From Octopus vulgaris (taxonomy: Eukaryota), in contig OX597817.1 of the NCBI GenBank assembly GCA_951406725.2, positions 154,318,001-154,382,000 of the forward strand: 64,000 nucleotides of DNA. The letters are read 5' to 3'. Position numbers and translations under genes: made by a program. Numbering within the stretch: position 1 is the stretch's first letter; each line of letters opens with the position of its first letter. The notes under the pieces are model-generated. The model did no database searches and was not told where the DNA came from. It saw only the letters and a list, made by a program, of their open reading frames with translations. Below are positions 1 to 12,842 of the stretch, one piece after another.

Positions 1-179
1 TCCTTCTGGGTCTGGCCGATTCAGAGCAGATCTCAGAATTAAACAGCCGAAATCTGCGATGAGGAATCGGTTTCTGACTGAAGAACGAACGCTTTGAATG
101 ACCCGTCTGTCTCTTATGTTCGTCCCTTCGTGTATTTCACGTTATTTATATATGTAAAGGTTTATTATATATATATATA

Positions 180-552
180 TCTTTATATATAAAAGTGAAG
201 TTGTGTGTCTGTCTCCTACGATTTAGATTCCTAACTACTCCCACATTTTGCGGTGCAGTTTAACCAAAACCGGGTATCTTATAGTCGTGATTCATATCGA
301 GCCCTTTTGGGTATTAGCGCGCGTCTAATAATTTACCATAATTTTTTTTCATTTTAATGCATTTTTTCACTATTATGTAAGGGAAGTAACTCTCTAAAAA
401 TGTCTACGATGAATCAACGATTTTTAAAAAAATTTACCATCATTTTTTTTCCATTTTTAATGCATTTTTGCTATTTTTTGGCTATAACTCTCTAAAAATG
501 CTTATATAGTTATTTCCCTTACAAACCCCAGCAACGCCGGGCGATACTGCTA

Positions 553-553
<1 letters not shown>
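180..553 (+). mobile_element. Non-autonomous Helitron
   Basis: Starts TC, ends CTAG, sits between A and T in a (TA)n tract; subterminal hairpin cccc-agcaacg-ccggg; second copy at 42838-43236. Confidence 0.85.
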
Positions 554-589
<36 letters not shown>

Positions 590-606
590 TGTGTGTGTGT
601 ATATAC

Positions 607-762
607 CCGACAGGCTTCTTTCAGTTTCCCTCTATCAAATCCACTCACAAGGCTTTGGTCAACCCGAGGCTATAGTAGAATACACTTGCCTTTGTGGGCC
701 ACGCAGTGAGATTGAAACCAGAACCATGAGGTTGAGAAGCATGCTTCTTACCAGACAGCCAG
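607..762 (-). mobile_element. SINE family B, diverged 5' part
   Basis: acaggcttctttcagtttcc...aaatccactcacaagg matches the full family B copies. Confidence 0.75.
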
Positions 763-824
763 CCTTCAGCTTTTTGTTTTTTTTTTCTTTGACCAAAATT
801 TGCTGCTGTTAATAATTATTTAAA

Positions 825-1195
825 ATTTTTGCCACAAGGGCAGCTTGGGGAAGAGTCGATTAAATTTTTCAACTTATACATATTTTATCGATCTCGAATG
901 GATGGAAAGCAAAGTCGACCTTGGCGGAAATTAAACTCAGAACGTAGCGACGGGTGAAATACCTGTTTCTTTATTATCCACAAGGGGCTAAACATAGAGA
1001 GGACAAACAAGGGCAGACAAACGAATTAAGTCGATTACATCGACCCCAGTGCGTAACTGGTACTTATTTAATCGACCCCGAAAGAATGAAAGGCAAAGTC
1101 GACCTCGGCGGAATTTGAACTCAGAACGTAGCGGCGGACGAAATACCGCTAAGCATTTCGTCCAGCATGCTAACGTTTCTGCCAGCTCGCCACCG
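825..1195 (-). mobile_element. SINE family C (tRNA head, Nin-like central domain), two fused units
   Basis: Head ggcgagctggcagaaacgttagc...gagttcaaattcc (A/B boxes); central gtcgactttgcctttcat...ggggtcgat domain. Confidence 0.85.
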
Positions 1196-1399
1196 ATTCT
1201 GCCAGCTCACAAAGTTTCGGAAACAATTATTAATGAGAATATAATCAGTTTTGGGCTTGTAAAATCTTAAACATATGAAGGTGTTCTTCATTTTTGAGAA
1301 CTCTAGATGAAAACCTCACATGTGCCTCGAGGTTTGCTTTCACATCTGCATGTTACCTTATTTTCCGCAATATGCATTTGATGACAGTTTTAATTAGAA

Positions 1400-2135
1400 C
1401 TTTCCACCAATTTTTTTCCTAATTCCAAACGCATGGCTAGATTATTATGGATGCCGATGTCTTCATTTCTTCTTCTTTTCGGGATGTCCTTCTCACCAAA
1501 GGCTTCATATATTGATTTTTCAGTAACGCTGTGCCTCGTATGAAGGTAATAATCTGCTGACATTGTGCGCTTGCTGATTATGCAGATACTTGATATAGTC
1601 GACATTTTTATCACACAGATGCTAACGTTTGGCTCTTTTCTCTATAAATTGTTTTCTTTTTTTCATTTTATGAGTTATTTAGTTGCCCCAACGATATATT
1701 ATTACTTAGCTACTGTTTTCACTTCTGGCATTGTAAAGATATCTTCTGAAATACTATCCACGAAAATATTATCGTCTTTTTTCCTTCTGATCGCGGAACC
1801 TTTGAAATAATATTTTTTTCCGAGCAGCGAAAGCTTCAGTATTTTTCTTTGTTAAATTTCTGCTTATTATTACGTTTAGTACTTGGTAGGCAAGATGGCT
1901 ATCTGTCTGGATGGTCAGCAACAAGTGGGCTTGTTGGTCAGTTATCCGGTTTGATTGACTGTTCTATATCCTAACGTCTCTTGCAGGCTATACCATTTAT
2001 TTCTATATCATCATTCTCTTACTTTTCCATTGGGTGATCAGCTTTTGCTATACGTCGTTGATTAACCCATCGTAGATTTAGTTTTAAAATTGCCCTCTTA
2101 AAAACAGCCGATGTCTCTGTAGAGCCTTATTTATG
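1400..2135 (-). mobile_element. Highly degraded Penelope-like (Naiad-type) relic
   Basis: IRLYRDIG at 2104-2130 resembles GLYRDDG of the RT; YIVGAT at 1681-1698 resembles GIY-YIG YIGxT; many stops. Confidence 0.4.
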
Positions 2136-2268
2136 TCTCTCGACACAGAAAATTTCTATGAATAGACAGAAAAGAAACGTTGCCATTATGCCACACAATG
2201 TATGGACGGTCGTAATCCTTTATTGTTATTGTTCTGTTTATTTCTATGCAGGTATTTATGTGTTTATT

Positions 2269-2663
2269 TTTTTTTTCGTCCTTCTTACCCCGTCGGTTAC
2301 GACGACGAGGGTTCCGGTTGATCCGATCAACGGAACAGCCTGCTCGTGAAATTAACGTGTACGTGGCTGAGCATTCCACAGACACGTGTACCCTTAACGT
2401 AGTTCTCGAGGATATTCAGCGTGACACAGAGAGTGACAAGGTCGGCCCTTTGAAATACAGGTACAACAGAAACAGGAAGTAAGAGTGAGAGAAAGTTGTG
2501 GTGAAAGAGTACAGCAGGGATCACCACCATCCCCTGCCGGAGACTCGTGGAGCTTTAGGTGTTTTCGCTCAATAAACACTCACAACGCCCGGTCTGGGAA
2601 TCGAAACCGCGATCCTATGACCGCGAGTCCGCTGCCCTAACCACTGGGCCATTGCGCCTCCAC
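2269..2663 (-). mobile_element. SINE family A (tRNA-derived, ~380 bp)
   Basis: tRNA-like head tggcccagtggttagg...ggtttcgattccc; TSD ttatgtgtttat; A-rich tail. Confidence 0.95.
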
Positions 2664-2895
2664 TTATGTGTTTATACATATTTAGAGAATGTAAGAAAGT
2701 GAATGAAAACTAAAAGAGGACACCTATATTTGATGTCTATCTCGGGTACTATACATGCATATATATGCGTGCGCGTAAACAACAAAAAATATGAAGTACG
2801 AGGACCTGGAATATGAACTTTTTTGGCGAGCAGTTTTCTCCCTTCCTTTCTCTTATTCTTTTACCTCCTCTTCTCCCACTATTCTATCCTTTTAC

Positions 2896-3282
2896 TGTGG
2901 AGGCGCAATGGCCCAGTGGTTAGGACAGCGGACTCGCGGTCATAGGATCGCGGTTTCGATTCCCAGACCGGGCGTTGTGAGTGTTTATTGAGCGAAAACA
3001 CCTAAAAGTTCCACGAGGCTCCGGCAGGGGATCCCTGCTGTACTCTTTCACCACAACTTTCTCTTATTCTTACTTCCTGTTCCTGTTTCTGTTGTACCTG
3101 TATTTCAAAGGGCCGGCCTTGTCACTCTCTGTGTCACGCTGAATATCCCCGAGAACTACGTTAAGGGTACACGTGTCTGTGGAGTGCTCAGCCACTTACA
3201 CGTTAATTTCACGAGCAAGCTGTTCCGTTGATTCGGATCAACCGGAACCCTCGTCGTCGTAACCGACGGAGTGCTTCCATCC
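2896..3282 (+). mobile_element. SINE family A
   Basis: Full copy; TSD atccttttact. Confidence 0.95.
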
Positions 3283-3869
3283 ATCCTTTTACTCTTTCGT
3301 TTTCTACAAACTTGGAACAGTACAAGATGTAATATTTCAATATTTTGTCTCGGAGAAACTTCTCAGATGCTCGTATATGATAAAAACTAGGCTTCACTCA
3401 GAAAGCTTTTGGATCGCCAGATCGATGTTTCGAGCAGATTTGGTCTTTTTAATGGTGAACACTCAAGACGTTCTTCTAATCTAAAGTAACACCGAGTGTA
3501 TATAACTTTAATTCAACCTTGGATAGCTTTTGGACAAATCAGTAAATGTTTTTGCTTAGCGATGAATAAGTTGGAACGAGCATTTTCAGCTTCACTCAGA
3601 AAGATATCAGATGAGTGCATCGAATTGCGTTAGAAAATATAACAAAACATATGGAATCTAAATACCCGATCAATACGGATACATACAAAATGCACAAAAG
3701 ATTTCATACACAAAGGGGTGTACAAATACGCTGCTCACTTATAGAAGCACATTATTTTCACCATATTTCATGTGCAAACGTAGATACTTGCACCACTTTC
3801 AAACATACAAATTGCAGTTCACATAAAACAAAAACGCTTAAACACATAACCATATTCAAACGCATGTAG

Positions 3870-3898
3870 AATCACACATACACACACACAGAGGCACA

Positions 3899-3946
<48 letters not shown>

Positions 3947-4435
3947 AAGAAACAAACACACAAACAAACATACACGCACGTACAAACTCATATAAACGCA
4001 CGTTTATTCATAGACATATGCAAATATTCATACAAACCCATACGCAAATATACACACACAAATGCATACAGAAACACATGCACACATACACACACATACA
4101 CACGCATACACACACAAACACACAATACATGCAAATACAGACACATACGCAAATACATACACACACGCAGAAACACAAACAAATATGCACACAAATACAC
4201 GCATACATAAACACACGAATACTCAGTCGCAGATACACACACAAACTCTTACACTCATAAACATATAGAAACACGTACAGAAACATACACTGGCACATAG
4301 AAACAAATACACACTCACCCACATCCACACAAATACACGGACACACAGTCATACGCAAACACGCACACTCACATGCACTCACGTAGAAACATATTCACAC
4401 AAACACACACACGCACACACACATACACACGCATA
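3870..4435. repeat. Degenerate (CA)n microsatellite region
   Basis: Direct inspection; explains the overlapping CV/HT-rich ORFs. Confidence 0.9.
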
Positions 4436-5065
4436 CATCTCAAAGGGGAAGCTTCTACATGACAGCTTGTGCACCTATAAATAACAATGAAACCACTTTT
4501 AAATGACAACTTTACTGTCTTTGAAAAAGAATACAAAACAGAACTAAATATACAAAAATACTGGACTGCCACGGATGGAAATCCTATGCTTACTCGATTA
4601 TGGCTAAACAAATTGTCGGGTGCTAACAAGATGCAGTGATCTCTCTTCTTCCTTATGGAAGGCATAAACTTATTAAAACAAGATGTGTGCCTTGATGCAT
4701 AACCTAATGAATAGAACAGGCACGGTGAACCTTTTTCGAGAAGTGGGTCCCATAAGATATAGGGCATTATCAGGTGGGCCGCACTAACAAATTTCAGGCT
4801 AATTTTTCATACTACGTGCCATTTAGAAAGTCCCGCGGGTTGCAACTTGACCAGGAATTATTAAGGTATGTTCTAAAACTTGGCGACAAACTGACAGAAT
4901 CATTAGCCGAGAACGACTTTGCATCTAATCTCAGCGGAGTCGATAAAATAAGTACCACTTGAACATTAGGTCGATGTAATCGACTTACTCACTTCTCCGA
5001 AATTGCTGGCCTTGTGCTAAAATTTGAAGCCAATGTATTCTAAGACTGATATAGTGCTAAGCTTC

Positions 5066-5452
5066 GTGGAGGCGCAATGGCCCAGTGGTTAGGGCAGCGG
5101 ACTCGCGGTCATAGGATCGCGGTTTCGATACCCAGACCGGGCGTTGTGAGTGTTTATTGAGCGAAAACACCTAAAAGCTCCACGAGGTTCCGGCAGGGGA
5201 TGGTGGTGATCCCTGCTGTACTCTTTCACCACAACTTTCTCTCACTCTTACTTCCTGTTTCTGTTGTACTTGTATTTCAAAGGGCCAGCCTTGTCACTCT
5301 CTGTGTCACGCTGAATATCCCCGAGAACTACGTTAAGGGTATACGTGTCTGTGGAGTGCTCAGCCACTTACACGTTAATTTCACGAGCAGGCTGTTCCGT
5401 TGATCGGATCAACCGGAACCCTCGTCGTCGTAACCGACGGAGTGCTTCCATC
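5066..5452 (+). mobile_element. SINE family A
   Basis: Full copy; TSD agtgctaagc. Confidence 0.95.
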
Positions 5453-6164
5453 AGTGCTAAGCGTCATCGTCCATTTAATTTAATTATCACTTGTATTTCT
5501 TGGCGAGTATTTAAGGATAAAACCAAAATAGGTCTTGACGTGGTTTGAACTCAAAATGGACTTAATAGGTAAATACTACAAAACGGTTATTTTCTTCTAT
5601 TTCTCTTCCATAAATGTGATTATAATAATCACAGCAGCAATAACAAAGACGACGATGGCGATGATGACCATAACGATGCTGACAACAACGATTGCACGCG
5701 ATATGAGTATGTCCATGCGTGTATATAACAAATACTCATTACGCTGCTTCAATTCTCCAGTGGCCCCTGACATTTTGCACGCACAACGAAGCTTTGAGTT
5801 TGTTTTATTTCATTTTGCTTGTTTTTAGTTTTTGTTTTTTGTTCTTTGTTCTTTTCTCCTGTTATGTATCGTCGGCAGTTCGTACGCTTCTTCGTGGCAG
5901 ACATATTGCTTGTGATCCGGGAGTAACATGATCGTCAAACCGACGGGCGGGACTGAAAGAGCTTCACAAAGAGTAAGAGGTTGAATGAAAGAAGAATAAG
6001 AATGAATGAATTAATGGATGAATGAATGAATGAATGAACGAGAAAAAGAAAGAAACAACAGAAAGAAAAACGAATGGAAAAGATGACATTAAAAGGAGAA
6101 ACGAAGGAAGAATAAAGGAAAAAAGAAGAGAAACAAAGAGATAGTTAAAAAATGTATAGAGAGA

Positions 6165-6181
6165 CACACAGACAGACAGGC

Positions 6182-6221
<40 letters not shown>

Positions 6222-6225
6222 GGAC

Positions 6226-6278
<53 letters not shown>

Positions 6279-6400
6279 CATACATACATACATACATACA
6301 TACATACATACATACATACATACATACATACATACATACATAGACAGGTACATACATACATACATACATACATACATAGACAGGTACATACATACATACA
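6165..6400. repeat. Compound (GACA)n(GATA)n(CATA)n microsatellite
   Basis: Direct inspection. Confidence 0.95.
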
Positions 6401-7554
6401 CAACAAGAAAAACTGAAAGAGATAAAGAAGCCAAAGATTAAAGTGCATATAAAAAGTATAGAAAAGAACGGATGAAGGAAATGGGCAAGCCAAAAGTTAA
6501 ATAGAAATGCATATATATATATATATATATATAGGAAAGCATTTTCTGAAAGGATAGGACAATAGGAACCAGGAATGGATAAATGAACAATACTAGGCTT
6601 AAAGAAGAAATAATGCATAGAGAGACAAAAGAGGAAGAAAAAGAATACAGGAATAAAAAAAAGGATGAGAAAAAAAATTAAACAACTAGTAAACTACCAA
6701 AGCAAATAAAATGTACGATATAGCGGATGACAAAATTATAAAAGAAGATTTAAAAGAGCTATTGAACGAATATAAAAAATGTGGAAAAAAATGCAGTCTG
6801 AGTTTAATAATCAACAGTAACAAGAATATTATCAATAATAACGATAATAATGAGAATTCTCTTTCATTTTTTTTTTTTTGTCGTGCGGTCATTATAAAGT
6901 TAAAAAGTAAAAATTAAATAGATATTAGAAATATGAGCACAGACGGAAACTTGAATATCCATAGTTTTGTAGTTCTGTAGTTTGTGATAACAAAGACACT
7001 AAAAATATGCGCACATATACATATGAGTATGTGTGTGTATACGTACACACATGCATACATACATACATACATACATACATACATACATACATACATACAT
7101 ACATACATACATACATACATACTTACATGTGTATATACACACACGTTACAGCGTCGAATAAAATGATTCGAAGTAGTTGTTCTGACTCGCTCTGAGTTCA
7201 AATCGTGCCGAAATCACTATTGTCTTTCATCCTTTCGGGAGCGATAAATAAAGTACTATTTCAAAATGGTAGATTATCTGAATTATAAGAACGTTGGATT
7301 TCGCTACACTACTGTCTTTGTTCCAATTCTCTGCATTCTGTATTCAAATCCCGTCATGGCCAACTTGAATAGTAGACTTCCTTAACCCGTCACCACCGCC
7401 AGGGACCTTGGGCCACTTCAGCTGAATCACGACTTTCCTAAACAATCAGGCCATGTCCCTGATTTTAGCGTACGTTCCTCACGTGTATCGGAGGTTTTGT
7501 ACAGGATCAGAATCACTGCTGCGCTTACTAAAAGACAAAAATGAAACATATGGG

Positions 7555-9170
7555 GATTAGTTAAGAATAATTCTACAAGAATTTCTAGATTATCTTCTAA
7601 TAGAAAATTTATTTGTCACATTCAGCTTATCATAATGTTGCTTCTTTAGCTAGGGCTGCGTATCGTGAGAACATTCAATATATACAAGAAGCAGGCATAC
7701 ACAACATTGTCAATTCCTCCAATAATTATACACATTGTATGCCATCACAATGTTACGGTATAAGGACTTACTCAATTCGAGAATATAGGCCAGGAAAAAT
7801 TGGCCAAGGCAATGAACTACCAACGAAAACTCATAGACACACACGACACAATAATCCAAATGCTCATAACACAGTATTCCAATCCTGTACAACACACTAG
7901 ATCAAATAAGCCAAACAACAGATATAGAAACCATGATGTTCTCTGATTCAACCCAATTTTCGGTTCGTATATTTAAACGAAGATCGCTGGAAATTTTTTT
8001 TCCGCTTTAGACAAACATTTTCCTAAATCTAATAGATACGATGCTATTTTTAATCGGTTGTGGAGGCGCAATGGCCCAGTGGTTAGGGCAGCGGACTCGC
8101 GGTCATAGGATCGCGGTTTCGATTACCAGACCGGGCATTGTGAGTGTTTATTGGGCGAAAACACCTAAAAGCTCCACGAGGCTCCGGCAGGGGATGGTGG
8201 TGATCCCTGCTGTACTCTTTCACCACAACTTTCTCTCACTCTTACTTCCTGTTTCTGTTGTACCTGTATTTCAAGGGGCCGGCCTTGTCACTCTCTGTGT
8301 CACGCTGAATATCCCCGAGAACTACGTTAAGGATGCACGTGTCTGTGGAGTGCTCAGCCACTTACACGTTAATTTCACGAGCAGGCTGTTCCGTTGATCG
8401 GATCAACCGGAACCCTCGTCGTCGTAACCGACGGAGTGCTTCCATCATTCCATTTTTAATCGGCATGTCATGAAGGTATCCTACGCTAACTCCACTAATT
8501 TAGAGCAGCATATGCACTGCATAAGCAATAGTAAAATGTGACAACTGTTCAATAACCCCCTACAGGATATAGCAAGCATACGCATCTAATTCCAACGAAG
8601 GAGATGCAAACCGCAGTGGAAAGCAACAAATACGGCCAAATTGTGACAGTAGAAATGATTATGATATAGCTAACACGGTAACAACATTGGAATATTAAGT
8701 AATAACTGCCATATATACAAATAGATATAATAAATGATCATGCAGAGAGAAATCAAAATGCCCATTGATGAACCTCTGTATGGGTATAAATCTTGTATAT
8801 AAATGTATTGTGCAGACAGGGGAAGGGCAGTGTGTTTACATTGGGCAAACGTCTGATTTATTTAAGAATCGTTTTTGCAACCATGTCGCCAGCTTCAAGA
8901 GAATCAATAAGAGACATTCAACATCTTTGGCAGATTTTGCGTGGTGACTGAAGGAAGATAAAATTAATTATAACATGATTTGGTCCATAGTAAGGCATGC
9001 AAAACCATACAATATCATTTCCAGAAGATGCCGGCTCTGCTCTGAGCAATCTCTGTGTACTCTGTGGACCAATGAGAAGATCATTAACAGAATTTCTGGA
9101 AGGCTCTCAAGATGCCTACATGCATATAAATATACTTTCGCACAATACAGTGAGAATGAATTTGAGTAAT
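7555..9170 (+). mobile_element. Penelope-like element (Naiad-type) 3' half: RT thumb, Zn-finger linker and GIY-YIG endonuclease; pseudogenised and interrupted by a SINE
   Basis: Translates to RISRLSSN; VL*FNPIF...ALDKHFPKSNRYDAIFNR|HVMKVSY joined across the SINE; *SCREKSKCPLMNLC; VYKC...VYIGQTSDLFKNRFCNH; WSIVRHAKPY...CRLC...SRCLH. Confidence 0.85.
8060..8451 (+). mobile_element. SINE family A inserted in the Penelope-like relic
   Basis: TSD atttttaatcgg; removing it restores the FNR-HVMKVSY frame. Confidence 0.95.
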
Positions 9171-9244
9171 TCTTAACATAATTTACTTTAAGGTATGGAT
9201 GAATTAAATTTGGTTTTATATATATATATATATTATCATTTGTT

Positions 9245-9640
9245 TTTTACTTGTTTCAGTCATTAGACTGTGGCAATGCTGGGACACTGCCTTAGATTTT
9301 TAATCGAATTAATGGATCCTAGTACTTACTGTTTAAGCCTGGTACTTATTCTATCTTTCTCTTTTTGCCGGACCGCTAAGTTACAAGAAAGCAAACACAC
9401 GAACACTGGTTGTCAAGCTGTGGTAGGGGAACAAACACAGATACAAAGACGCACATACATAGACATATATATATATATATATATATACATATACGGCGGG
9501 CTTCTTGCAGTTTCCCTCTACCAAATCCACACATGGCTTTGGTTGGCCCAAGGCTATAGCAGAAGACACTTGCCCCATATTCCACGCAGAGGGACTGAAC
9601 CAGGAACCATGCGGTGGAAAGCAAGCTTCTTACCACACAG
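9245..9640 (-). mobile_element. SINE family B, diverged
   Basis: Matches family B with internal (TA)n. Confidence 0.85.
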
Positions 9641-10364
9641 CGATTATAGACATATATGCATATGTGCGTGCGCACGTGCGTGTGTATTCATATCTACACA
9701 CACATATGTATATGTGCATACACATACGCATATATTTTTCCACATATATATAATACATTATAAGGGAACGGCTGCAATTTTCAGTACTCAGAATTACTTG
9801 TTTCCGATCATCAGCTGGTAAAACCGATTTTCTGAAAAATGAAAGGAAAATTTGAAGACGCTTATCCTTATGTTCTTTTGTTGAAAGACCTTTGTGAACG
9901 ACACGTGCAAAGAATTATTGAGGCTAAAGCAGCCGCTTTCACACGTGTCGTTCACATAGATATAATATAAAATTGTGTGTGTGTGAAAGCGTGTGGTGTG
10001 TACGTGTCTGTGTGTGTCTGCGTTTGTGTGAGCATGTATGTGTGCGTGTGTGTGTGGTGTGCTTGTGGTGAGTGTACGTGGGTATGTTCGAAAATAATGC
10101 GGTTAACCGGAGCGTTCTCTCATCATTACAACTGCAGTGAGCCAATGATTGATCAATTGGAAACTTATAGCGAACGGCGCTATTAACAAAAAATTGTCAT
10201 GATTAAAAAAAAAAGCACGAATGAAAATCCAACGGAAAAGATGGAAGAGTGCGTCTTCTTTCTGCTCAGAACCATCTAATTCAGTAAGTAGTTCTGATAG
10301 GGTCGGAGTCTTGAGGATTGAAAGTTGGGTCAGACAATTTGTGAGCTCTTTTATCTTCTTTTGA

Positions 10365-11057
10365 TTTGTTTTAGTCACTGGACAACAGTTATACTGGGGT
10401 AACGCCTTAAACAGTTCAGTCGAATAAATCGACCTCAATACTGATTGGCGCTAATTCAATCTTTTTCTTTTGCCGAACTGCTAATTTACTGGGACGTAAA
10501 CAAACCAACATTGGTTGTTAATCGGGGGACAACAAGCACAAGGGCACAGACATACATCGATATATTTATACATATAATTGGCATCATGGCTTAGTGGTTA
10601 GAGCGCCGGGCTCATAATCATGAGCTTGTGAGTTCGATTCCAGACCGATCTGTGTTGTGTTCTCGAGCAAGACACTTTATTTCCCCTTGCTCCACTTAAG
10701 TCAACTGTAGAAATGAGCTGTGACGTCACTGGTGCCAAGCTGTATCGACCTTTGCCTTTTCCTTGGATAATATCGGTGGTGTGGAGAGGAGAGGCTGGTA
10801 TGCATGGGCGACTGCTGGTCTTCCATAAACAACTTGTGGCACGGAGGGTAACTTTCTAGGTGCAATCCCATGATCATTTATGACCGAAGTAGTGGGTCTT
10901 TAACTATTACCCTTTTCTTATAACCGGCTTCCATGCTGTCAATCAAATTCATTTAGAAGGTATAGGTCGTCGACCCGGAGCTATACTAGAAGACATTTGC
11001 CCAAACCCAAAACCTCGTGACTGCAAAGGAAGCTTCTTAACCACACATCCATACCTG
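10365..11057 (-). mobile_element. Old SINE family B copy split by another SINE
   Basis: 3' part at 10365-10555 and 5' part at 10925-11057 resemble family B. Confidence 0.6.
10580..10900 (+). mobile_element. tRNA-derived CORE-like SINE with a distinct 3' tail
   Basis: A box tggcttagtggtt, B box gagttcgattcc, then gttgtgttctcgagcaagacacttt. Confidence 0.75.
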
Positions 11058-11187
11058 TGGTGTTTAATAAAATTAAGATAGTTTTAAGCTTTTAAACTTA
11101 TCTAACACCACGGCGAAGAAAGGGGTATTACGTTTTGAGAACCACTAAACAAAGTTATTTTACGTCCCCTGCTTTATTATATATATA

Positions 11188-11556
11188 GTGAAGTATATTT
11201 GCCACCTAAATGTGGTTAACCATTAAGAGTTGATGCTACTGTAGCTTGTTGCCTCAGGAAGACATCTCCTCCAGCTGGCTATTGACACACTTTCTGTGCC
11301 CTATCAGTATTTGCAAAGAGAAGCCATCTTTCCCATCTCCAGCCTGACGTGGTACCCACTTCCCATCGCCATCCGGTGGTTGTCACACGCTGATGACTGG
11401 TCAATACCCAGAAAATTCGGATCCCTTTTTATCACGTCAGGCTGGAGAGGAGAAGATGACTTCCCTTTGTAAATACTGATGTCCTTCTGGAGCTACAAGC
11501 TACAGTAGAATCAACCCTTAAGGGTTAGCCACATTTAGGTAGCAAATATACTTCAC
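11188..11556. repeat. Old imperfect fold-back between (TA)n tracts, with a degenerate hammerhead-like centre
   Basis: gtgaagtatatttgc...gcaaatatacttcac arms; ctgatga-ctgg..ccag near 11390. Confidence 0.75.
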
Positions 11557-11628
11557 GATGTCGTGCAGCTACTGTTTATACCTCGCCCAGATGTTTATTA
11601 TATAAATATATATATATATATATATATA

Positions 11629-11847
11629 CCGGAGTAAACACATAAATGTGAAACAAGGTGGGAAAAAAGAGTACTCAAATACCAGTGGTAGAGTAATATG
11701 CTTTATTTAAAGCAGCAGAAAATTCAACAAAAACTCTGAGTTTCTCGTTGCCGTTCATCAGACAGTTTTTGTTAGAATCTAACAAAAACTGTCTGATGAA
11801 CGGCAACGAGAAACTCAGAGTAACAGATTTTGTTGAATTTTCTGCTG

Positions 11848-11850
<3 letters not shown>
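11629..11850. mobile_element. Fold-back Penelope-like terminal fragment in (TA)n
   Basis: Arms 11710-11776 and 11778-11850 with a 6-nt indel; contains a hammerhead. Confidence 0.8.
11789..11826 (+). ncRNA. Minimal type-I hammerhead ribozyme
   Basis: ctgt-CTGATGA-acg(gcaa)cga-GAAAC-tcaga-GTA-acag; stem I ctgt/acag; one mismatch at the base of stem II. Confidence 0.75.
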
Positions 11851-11911
<61 letters not shown>

Positions 11912-12254
11912 TAGTCAATCAATTCAAATGTTCCTGTGAAACTATAAAACTATGATGAACTGAGGAAGTTATTATAATACCCCTTATACAAAAGAATAAC
12001 TTAAAATAAAAACACAAGAAGGAAAGGTGGGGAGAAGCTGAGATAACAAACAGTTAAATATTTCAGTTAAATTTTTTTTTGGCGGGGGGAGGCTCCATGC
12101 ATTGGAAGATCTTATTTACGGTTGCTGGATCATTAAGTATAAAACCCCACCACCTTTCCTAGCCTTTTTGAATAGCTTTTTTAAAACATCCTCTCTTTCT
12201 CTCTCAGATTGGTAATCTTTGCATTCGAACAGATGTTGGCTGCAAATTTTGGCA

Positions 12255-12446
12255 CAAGCAAAGTTCAGGGGTGAGATATGTCGATTACATCGACCCCAGT
12301 GCTCAACTGATATTAGTTTTATTGACCCCGAAAGGATGAAAAGTAAAGTCGGCCTCGACGAAATTTGAACTCAGAACATAAAGACAGACAAAATGCCGCT
12401 CAGCTTTTTGGTCGGCGTGCTAACGATTCTGCCAGCTCACCGCCTT
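12255..12446 (-). mobile_element. SINE family C, older subfamily
   Basis: ggcggtgagctggcagaatcgttagc head plus Nin-like domain. Confidence 0.8.
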
Positions 12447-12842
12447 AACATGCAAACAGATATTGTCATATGTGTCAGGAATTTTCTCCATAACAGTATT
12501 AAGGCGATTCCATATGACCTATTCATTATAGAATATAGTTCAAGGTAAAAGGGCCCGTTCAAAGCCAACATGGTATTCGTTTGTTTAATCTTGTTCAGGG
12601 TCTAATACGTTTCCTACTTTGATAGATCTCGCTGGAATAATGGGAGATTAAATTTCCGTAGCTTATCTTCTGATTTTTTTCCAGTATCTTTTCCTCCTTT
12701 GACTAATTATGCTTTTAATGAATGATTTAACTTGCGAAAGATCTGGAACGTTGTCTATATCTAGTATTTCTTTTGTGCTCCCTGTATTGCTAATTCATCA
12801 GCTTTCCAGTTTCCTTTAATATCTGTGTAGCCAGGAACCCTT

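Noticed and set aside
1-130. Hammerhead-like pieces (cagccgaaa, ctgaaga) at the window start
   Set aside because: They cannot be assembled into a valid core; the element is cut by the window edge
2897-2970. tRNA genes at the SINE heads
   Set aside because: A/B boxes are present but each continues into a SINE body with TSDs; no proper acceptor stem or terminator
9785-9820. Minus-strand ctgatga-tcg-gaaac-aa-gta hammerhead-like string
   Set aside because: No stem II and no stem I pairing
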